Shown here: positions 57,735 to 64,000 of the stretch, one piece after another | Numbering within the stretch: position 1 is the stretch's first letter | Layout: every line of letters starts with the position of its first letter | NCBI GenBank assembly: GCA_964411375.1 | Contig: CAYPKR010000001.1 | Location: 104,227 to 168,226 of the forward strand | Reading direction: 5' to 3' | DNA from: an uncultured Candidatus Saccharibacteria bacterium | GTDB lineage: Bacteria > Patescibacteriota > Minisyncoccia > Phycocordibacterales > UBA12088 | DNA: 64,000 nt | Position numbers and translations under genes: made by a program | Notes under the pieces: model-generated | Told to the model about the DNA's origin: nothing | Databases searched by the model: none | The model's input: only the letters and a program-made list of their open reading frames with translations

Positions 57735-58958
57735 ATGACGCTCTTCAAATACAAGGCGATCAACAAAGATGGTGAGCAGTACGACGGCACAACAACCGCC
57801 GCCGATCGTTTTGAACTCTACACGCATATCCAAAAAGAAGGCGGCACCATCGTCTCGTACAAAGAAGAAGGAAAGGAGTCAGGTGAAAATATCATCAACT
57901 CAGTTTGGCATCTATTTTTTGGGCGAATTAAAGAAAGTGACAAAATCGTGCTCACCAGAAATTTGGGCGCGATGCTCTCGGCTGGATTGTCTCTCTCTCG
58001 AGCACTCGCGGTCATGAACCGTCAGTCGAAAAATAAAAAACTGAAAGACGTGCTCGAATCTATCTCTCACTCGATCGAAAAGGGAGGTGCGTTCAATGAA
58101 GCGCTCCTTGAATTTCCAAAAGTATTTTCACCAATAATGGCGGCAATGGTAAAGGCTGGTGAAGAATCAGGACGTCTTGCCGAATCGCTCGCAACAATCG
58201 CCGAACAACTTGACCGCTCATACACGTTGAAGAAGAAGATTCGTGGCGCTCTCATGTATCCGGCGATCGTCATCTTCGCACTCATCGTTGTCGGTATCCT
58301 CATGCTTATCTTTATCGTGCCAACGCTCACGAAGACCTTCAATGAAATTCATGTCGAACTCCCCGCAACTACCAAATTTATTATTGGACTCAGTGATTTC
58401 CTTACGCACCACACTGTTTCCGCGCTCATCATTGCGATTGCTACCTTCGTCGGAGCAAGTTATGCGCTAAGGACGAGACAAGGACGACGCGGTTTTGAGT
58501 GGGTAATTCTCCGCATTCCGGTGATTGGTGAATTGGTTAAGGAAACCAATTCTGCACGCACTGCACGCACACTTTCTTCACTCCTCTCGTCAGGCGTCGA
58601 AATCGTTCGTGCCATCGATATTACCAAAGAAGTGTTGCAAAATTCGTATTACCAAGATGTTCTTGCGACTGCCGGAGCACGTATTCAAAAAGGCGCGCCG
58701 CTTGCAGAAGTATTTAATGCAAATGAATCGTTGTACCCGCCTCTCGTTGCAGAACTTATCGCGGTTGGTGAAGAAACCGGAAAACTTCCCGACATGCTTC
58801 TTGAAGTCGCCACTTTTTATGAACGCGAGGTTGAAATGAAAACCAAAGATATGTCGACCATCATCGAACCATTTCTCATGCTGATTGTCGGTACTGCGGT
58901 TGGATTTTTTGCCGTGTCGATGATTACGCCAATCTACTCCATCACGCAAAACATTTAG
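57735..58958 (+). CDS. pilC: Type IV pilus platform protein PilC/GspF
   Basis: MVKAGEESGRL, ALMYP, VGEETGKL, IIEP. Confidence 0.93.
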   Translation: MTLFKYKAINKDGEQYDGTTTAADRFELYTHIQKEGGTIVSYKEEGKESGENIINSVWHLFFGRIKESDKIVLTRNLGAMLSAGLSLSRALAVMNRQSKNKKLKDVLESISHSIEKGGAFNEALLEFPKVFSPIMAAMVKAGEESGRLAESLATIAEQLDRSYTLKKKIRGALMYPAIVIFALIVVGILMLIFIVPTLTKTFNEIHVELPATTKFIIGLSDFLTHHTVSALIIAIATFVGASYALRTRQGRRGFEWVILRIPVIGELVKETNSARTARTLSSLLSSGVEIVRAIDITKEVLQNSYYQDVLATAGARIQKGAPLAEVFNANESLYPPLVAELIAVGEETGKLPDMLLEVATFYEREVEMKTKDMSTIIEPFLMLIVGTAVGFFAVSMITPIYSITQNI

Positions 58959-58969
58959 GAGATTCCACA

Positions 58970-60748
58970 ATGAACAATCGAAGGGGAAATCGATCGAAAA
59001 GAGAAGGACGCTCACGCGGCTTTTCATTCATCGACACTTTGGTCGGCATTGCACTCATGACGATTGTCTTTTTTGCGCTTCTCTCTGCATTTCGCTACAG
59101 CATCATGCTTCTTGGTCTTGCGAAGATGCAAATTACCGCAATTGCCCTTGCAGACGAACAGATCGAATATATCCGCTCGCTCTCATACGATTCAATCGGC
59201 ACCGTCTCTGGTATTCCGTCCGGCAGCATTCCACAGACAGAAACGATTCTCTTAAATAAGGTTAGTTATACGCGCCGAACGCTGATCCAATATGAAGATG
59301 CGCCACAAGACGGACTTGGTGGATCTGATACCAACGGTCTTACTGCCGATTACAAACGCGTAAAAGTTGAAATGTCGTGGTACGCGAAAGATATTCCACA
59401 TACCTACGCGATCACTTCAACGATTGTTCCCAAAGGAGTCGAAAGTGTTTCCGGAGGAGGAACGCTTCGCATTTACGTACTCTCCGCGCTTGGTGCGCCG
59501 ATCGAAGACGCGCTCGTGCGTATTCAAAATCCATCAACGACACCTGCAATTGATGTGAGCGTCTACACCAACAGCGCCGGCAAAGTGGAATTTCCGGGTG
59601 GTACACCGGCGGCAAGCGGATATCAAGTCACCGTTACAAAACAAGGATACAACTCCGCACAAACATATTCAGTATCGGTCGGAAATCCAAATCCAACTCC
59701 GGGGCATCTCACGGTTGTGGTTGGGGGCACTACGAGCGCAACATTTGCGATCGATCGCTTGGGAGGAATGATTGTCAAAACATATTCGCCACTTCAAAAC
59801 GGCGCATGGTCTGACACATTCACCGATTCATCGCAAACAACGCTCATGGCTTCGACATCGGTAAGTGGAGGACGTGCTGGACTCATTATTGATCCTCTGA
59901 CTTCTGATTTTGCGCCGCAGGGAGAAATTCGCTCCGAGACAATCGCACCATCCTACTTGGTATCGTGGGGTTCGCTCTCATGGAATCAAACGGTCCCATC
60001 AGGAACGGAAATTCGATATCGCGTGTACTACTTCAATGGTTCTTCGTACGTGTTGATCCCTGATGCAGCCCTTTCGGGGAATAGTGTCGGTACAACAACT
60101 TCTCCGATATCGCTCTCCGGTCTTGCAACGACGACGTATTCATCACTTCGAGTCGATGCAGTACTCTCTGCAAGCGCTCCGTCGACAACCCCGTTCCTCA
60201 ATGACTGGCAGGTTTCTTATCAAGGTGGTCCAACACCACTCCCCAATATTCCATTCTCGATGAGGGGCTTGAAGACAATTGGAACTGATGGCGGTGGCTC
60301 TCCAATTTATAAATATTCTGCAAATAACAACTCTGGTGCCGGTTCTTCAATAGCGATTCCTTCGCTTGAATGGGACACATACCAAGTAACGGTTTCTTCG
60401 GCGACTGGGTATGATGTTGGGGAATCGTGTAATCCGCAACCAACCAGCGTCTCTCCAGGAGCAACAACCACCGTCTCTTTGACACTTGTCCCGCACACTA
60501 CCAACTCACTTCTCTTATATGTACGCGACAACAATGGCAATCTCGTTTCTGGAGCATCTGCACATCTCTATGGTGGTGCAACAGATACTACAATCACTAC
60601 TTCCTCTTGCGGACAAGCGTTTTTCTCTAATCTCTCGGCAGTAACAAGTTACACGCTCGATGTTTCAAAAACTGGGTTCCAATCAACCTCAATCACACCA
60701 GTCGATGTCTCTGGTGGGCAAACGCTTCCGGTAACACTCACTCCATAA
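58970..60748 (+). CDS. Large minor pilin (PilV-like N-terminus) with carboxypeptidase-regulatory-like beta domains
   Basis: Class III signal RG|FSFIDTLVG, IEYIRSLSY, repeated G..I..A.V strands. Confidence 0.8.
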   Translation: MNNRRGNRSKREGRSRGFSFIDTLVGIALMTIVFFALLSAFRYSIMLLGLAKMQITAIALADEQIEYIRSLSYDSIGTVSGIPSGSIPQTETILLNKVSYTRRTLIQYEDAPQDGLGGSDTNGLTADYKRVKVEMSWYAKDIPHTYAITSTIVPKGVESVSGGGTLRIYVLSALGAPIEDALVRIQNPSTTPAIDVSVYTNSAGKVEFPGGTPAASGYQVTVTKQGYNSAQTYSVSVGNPNPTPGHLTVVVGGTTSATFAIDRLGGMIVKTYSPLQNGAWSDTFTDSSQTTLMASTSVSGGRAGLIIDPLTSDFAPQGEIRSETIAPSYLVSWGSLSWNQTVPSGTEIRYRVYYFNGSSYVLIPDAALSGNSVGTTTSPISLSGLATTTYSSLRVDAVLSASAPSTTPFLNDWQVSYQGGPTPLPNIPFSMRGLKTIGTDGGGSPIYKYSANNNSGAGSSIAIPSLEWDTYQVTVSSATGYDVGESCNPQPTSVSPGATTTVSLTLVPHTTNSLLLYVRDNNGNLVSGASAHLYGGATDTTITTSSCGQAFFSNLSAVTSYTLDVSKTGFQSTSITPVDVSGGQTLPVTLTP

Positions 60749-60750
60749 AC

Positions 60751-61365
60751 ATGCAGAAACATACGACACACCATCAAACGCGCGGACTAACCCTGATCGA
60801 GGTGGTGGTGACTGTTCTCATTGCATCGTCATCGATGGTCGTTCTTTTTAGCGTCATCATGTATCTCTACCAGATCAATCAGATTAGTTACGAACAAGGA
60901 TTTCAGCTTGAAAGTGCGCGTCGCGGTGTTGAGACGATGGTTGAAGATATTCGTGAAGCAGCGTATTCCGATGACGGTTCGTTTCCGATTGTTGCGATTG
61001 ATCCATACGGGATAACGCTCTATAGCGATACTGATAAAGATTCGAGTGTCGAAAAGATTCGATATTTTTTGACGGGAACAAACTGGAAACGAGGCGTTAC
61101 CAACGCAACGGGCACCCCTCCTACATATCCTTCCGCCAATGAGCGCGTTACAATAGTATCTGACTTCGTGCGCAATACTGAACAGTCGCTTCCCATTTTT
61201 CACTACTACAATGCGACCGGCACAGAAATAACCGACATGAGTGACATATCGGAAGTGACATTTGTCAAAGCAGATTTGGTGGTTAACATCAGTCCGACAC
61301 ACTTACCTGATGAATTCGTCCTCCGCTCGAGTGCGACTATTCGTAACTTGCGACCAAACCCATAA
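60751..61365 (+). CDS. Minor pilin, PilW-like
   Basis: RG|LTLIEVVV, MVEDIREA, FHYYNATG, SATIRN end. Confidence 0.85.
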   Translation: MQKHTTHHQTRGLTLIEVVVTVLIASSSMVVLFSVIMYLYQINQISYEQGFQLESARRGVETMVEDIREAAYSDDGSFPIVAIDPYGITLYSDTDKDSSVEKIRYFLTGTNWKRGVTNATGTPPTYPSANERVTIVSDFVRNTEQSLPIFHYYNATGTEITDMSDISEVTFVKADLVVNISPTHLPDEFVLRSSATIRNLRPNP

Positions 61366-61379
61366 TCTTTGAAATACGC

Positions 61380-62813
61380 ATGTCTATGCATCCGACATCA
61401 TTTTTAAAAACACGTCGCGGGAGTATCTTGCTCCTCACACTGGTGTTTGCGGGACTCTTTGCAATGATTGTCTCCTCACTTGCAGGTTTTCTTTTGACTC
61501 AACAAAAAGTGCAGCGCGCAAAAAGTGATCGCGAAGAAGCAATCCAGATTGCTGAAGCAGGTCTCGATTATTACAAATGGTTTCTTGCGCATTTTCCAAC
61601 TGATCTTCAAGACGGCACCGGAGCGGCAGGACCATACGTACATGATTATGCCGATCCAGAAGGGGGCAATATAGGGAAATTCTCTCTCGTTGTCACTGGT
61701 AATTCCCAGTGCGGCTCGCTTGGTTCGGTGGATATCACCTCAACCGGCTACGTAAACACCAGTCCAGCGCTGAAGCGTGTTGTCTTTGGGAGGTATGCTC
61801 GCCCTTCGGTCGCTGAATACTCACATATATTGAATAGTGCGGTGTGGGCAGGATCAGATCGCCAAATATATGGTCCATACCATTCAAATGGGGGAATTCG
61901 CATGGACGGAGATAATTTTTCAAGAGTAACGAGCGGCGTTGCGACATGGCAGTGTACGCCGTCATTTGGATGCACATCGACCACAACAAAAAATGGTGTT
62001 TTCGGAACTGGTTCAGGTTCTAGTCTCTGGCAGTATCCCGTTGCACAAATTGATTTTGCGGGCATCACCGTGGATTTGGTGAATATGAAAAACCTCGCGC
62101 AGACACAGGGCGGTCTCTACTATCCGCCAGCAGGGCAGGGCTATCACGTTGTTTTGAATGCGGGTGGCACAATGACGGTCTATCGCGTCGACAGCACTAC
62201 ACTTATATGGAGTTACAGTACTGAAGGTGGATGGGTACATGACGGAACCGTCATCAACACGCAAACAAATCTTGGTACCGTAACTATTCCTGCTAACTGC
62301 AAACTTGTTTTCTTTGAGGATGATGTATGGCTCGAAGGAGTCGTCAAAGGAAAAGTAACACTCGTCTCCGCAAATGTGACAACGCCGAATGTTTCGCCGC
62401 GCATTATTTTGACCAACAATATTACCTATAACACGGGAAGTACGATTGATGGACTTACTGCGGTTGCGGAAGATTCAGTTCTTATTCCGATCAATTCACC
62501 AACCGACATGGAACTCCATGGAATCTTTATTGCCCAGAACGGTCGGTTCTCTCGCGATCATTATGTTTCGAGCGGATCAAACAAAGTTCCAAATGCATAC
62601 AACTCGTACATAACCCAAAATGATCTCGCTATTTACGGCACCATCGTTTCAAACGGACGCGTCGGTACGCAGTGGACGTGTGGTGGAACATTTTGTTCAG
62701 GATATTCAACCCGCGAAAACTACTATGATAAAAACTTGGCACAATCGCCGCCGCCTTTGACGCCATTTACTTCGGAGGACTTTCGGTTCATCGAGTGGCG
62801 TGAGAACGACTAA
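61380..62813 (+). CDS. Minor pilin, PilX-like
   Basis: RRG|SILLLTLV, AIQIAEAGL, ITSTG, C-terminal PPP...WRE. Confidence 0.85.
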   Translation: MSMHPTSFLKTRRGSILLLTLVFAGLFAMIVSSLAGFLLTQQKVQRAKSDREEAIQIAEAGLDYYKWFLAHFPTDLQDGTGAAGPYVHDYADPEGGNIGKFSLVVTGNSQCGSLGSVDITSTGYVNTSPALKRVVFGRYARPSVAEYSHILNSAVWAGSDRQIYGPYHSNGGIRMDGDNFSRVTSGVATWQCTPSFGCTSTTTKNGVFGTGSGSSLWQYPVAQIDFAGITVDLVNMKNLAQTQGGLYYPPAGQGYHVVLNAGGTMTVYRVDSTTLIWSYSTEGGWVHDGTVINTQTNLGTVTIPANCKLVFFEDDVWLEGVVKGKVTLVSANVTTPNVSPRIILTNNITYNTGSTIDGLTAVAEDSVLIPINSPTDMELHGIFIAQNGRFSRDHYVSSGSNKVPNAYNSYITQNDLAIYGTIVSNGRVGTQWTCGGTFCSGYSTRENYYDKNLAQSPPPLTPFTSEDFRFIEWREND

Positions 62814-62934
62814 AAATTCACAAAATTGACGCATTGCTTTGTCGCAACCTCCGCTCTTCACTCGTCGTATCTCTAATACGACTCGCTCCGGTGCTCGGTT
62901 GCTTCGCGCACTGCATTCAATTTTGTGAATTTTT
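62812..62934. mobile_element. MITE/REPIN-like element with 18 bp terminal inverted repeats
   Basis: AAAAATTCACAAAATTGA / TCAATTTTGTGAATTTTT with nested inner stems GCAACC/GGTTGC and GTCGTAT/ATACGAC. Confidence 0.6.
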
Positions 62935-62986
62935 GAAAAATCGAAGCGCCTGTTAAGGACTTTTTGACGTGGTATCATATCCCTAC

Positions 62987-63757
62987 ATGAAAAAAGGGAA
63001 GCGGATTGTGGCAGCAAACTGGAAGACAAACCCCGGAACCCTCCTACGCTCCAAGGAGATCATGCTTCCACTGAAGCGCATTGCCCCAAGGCTTCAAAAC
63101 GTATCCCTTTCTATATTTCCGCCAGCTCCCTTTATTGCCCCACTCCGGAGTGGGTATTCAGGGAAAAAGATTACATTTGGCGCGCAAGACGTTTCAATTC
63201 AAACATCTGGCTCCCATACCGGAGAAGTTTCTGCCTCGATGCTCGCAAGCGTCGGCGCGACATCGGTCATTGTTGGACATTCAGAGCGCCGTGCGGGAGG
63301 TGAGACAAATGAAATTGTCTCCCAAAAACTCCAGACAGTACTTCAGGGCGGACTCTCTGCAATTGTCTGTATCGGCGAGCGTGAACGCGATCATGGCGGT
63401 AAGTATTTAGAATTTCTCCAAGAAGAACTCACCGCGGCACTGAGGGGTGTTTCCGCAAAATCACTCCGAAATATTATGATCGCGTATGAACCAATCTTTG
63501 CGATTGGAAAATCTGCTGGAGATGCGCTTTCTCCTCATAACATTCATGAAACGGTCCTCTTTATCCGTCGCATTTTGACCGAACTCTATGATCGCGACAG
63601 CGCATTTAAAGTCCCTATTCTCTATGGGGGATCAGTAGAAGCAGTAAATGCAGAAGAAATTTTGAAGGGTGGCGAAGTACAAGGATTTCTTGTTGGTCAC
63701 GCATCGCTCTCTCCGGACGAATTCAAAGAAATTCTCACGATTGCAAACCGCGTATGA
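62987..63757 (+). CDS. tpiA: Triosephosphate isomerase
   Basis: ANWK, GHSERR, AYEPIFAIG, LYGGSV. Confidence 0.96.
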   Translation: MKKGKRIVAANWKTNPGTLLRSKEIMLPLKRIAPRLQNVSLSIFPPAPFIAPLRSGYSGKKITFGAQDVSIQTSGSHTGEVSASMLASVGATSVIVGHSERRAGGETNEIVSQKLQTVLQGGLSAIVCIGERERDHGGKYLEFLQEELTAALRGVSAKSLRNIMIAYEPIFAIGKSAGDALSPHNIHETVLFIRRILTELYDRDSAFKVPILYGGSVEAVNAEEILKGGEVQGFLVGHASLSPDEFKEILTIANRV

Positions 63758-64000
63758 CCATTCCTACAATCGCTACGGAAACAAATCTTCACGGAAAGCG
63801 AGTTATCCTCCGCACGTCACTTAATGTGCCAATTGAAAACGGAAAGGTGTTAGATGCATTTCGTCTTGAGAAATCCCTTCCGACAATTCGATTCTTAAAA
63901 AATGCTGGCGCGAAGGTTCTCATTCTTGCGCATTTGGGACGCGAAGGCGACTCACTTATGCCGGTGTATGAAATTCTGAAAGGAAAGGAGTCAATGCGAT
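63754..64000 (+). CDS. pgk: Phosphoglycerate kinase, 5' part (runs off the window)
   Basis: Manual translation MTIPTI...GKRVILRTSLNVPIENGKV..D.FRL..SLPTI...AHLGR; ATGA overlap with tpiA. Confidence 0.88.
   Translation, partial: MTIPTIATETNLHGKRVILRTSLNVPIENGKVLDAFRLEKSLPTIRFLKNAGAKVLILAHLGREGDSLMPVYEILKGKESMR

Noticed and set aside
1-64000. CRISPR array or cas genes
   Set aside because: No regularly spaced direct repeats and no Cas-like ORFs were seen
1-64000. Alternative genetic code (TGA recoding)
   Set aside because: Conserved genes are full length under code 11 and dnaA and tpiA end in TGA

Overview
This 64 kb window looks like the origin-proximal chromosome of a Patescibacteria/CPR bacterium, most likely Parcubacteria-like; the taxonomy is inferred from gene content, and the code is standard (TGA is a stop). 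From left to right it holds: a class A PBP, a DciA-like gene, dnaN, a candidate oriC, dnaA and rpmH-rnpA-yidC-jag; a relaxase-free T4SS-like locus (PrgI, VirB4, VirB6-like, VirB2-like, surface proteins); rsmA, pcrA, a LysM/M23 peptidase, comM, a DksA-like gene, pnp, NYN, rpsO, a Xer recombinase, xth and the CCA-adding enzyme; four tRNAs, yraN and an ECF sigma/anti-sigma pair; an accessory block of small orphan genes; rarA, HU, rny, clpP, tig, ppa and nusA; a type IV pilus cluster; tpiA and the start of pgk. The most interesting signals are non-coding. (1) Three tandem leader-peptide/attenuator modules with alternative terminator/antiterminator pairing sit ahead of small orphan genes (39.4-41.4 kb). 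(2) A family of structured elements downstream of tRNAs carries an antisense copy of the tRNA T-arm/3' end. (3) A candidate ~270 nt structured ncRNA has its own promoter, a boxA-like site, a DnaA box and a repeated TGTCCTTTA motif (34.4-34.75 kb). (4) A cluster of five parS-like sites is mostly written in-frame into the cca and yraN genes. (5) Core genes appear leaderless while accessory genes carry Shine-Dalgarno sites. All calls were made by eye from sequence and translations; no searches or folding programs were run. No CRISPR array, rRNA or transposase was seen.
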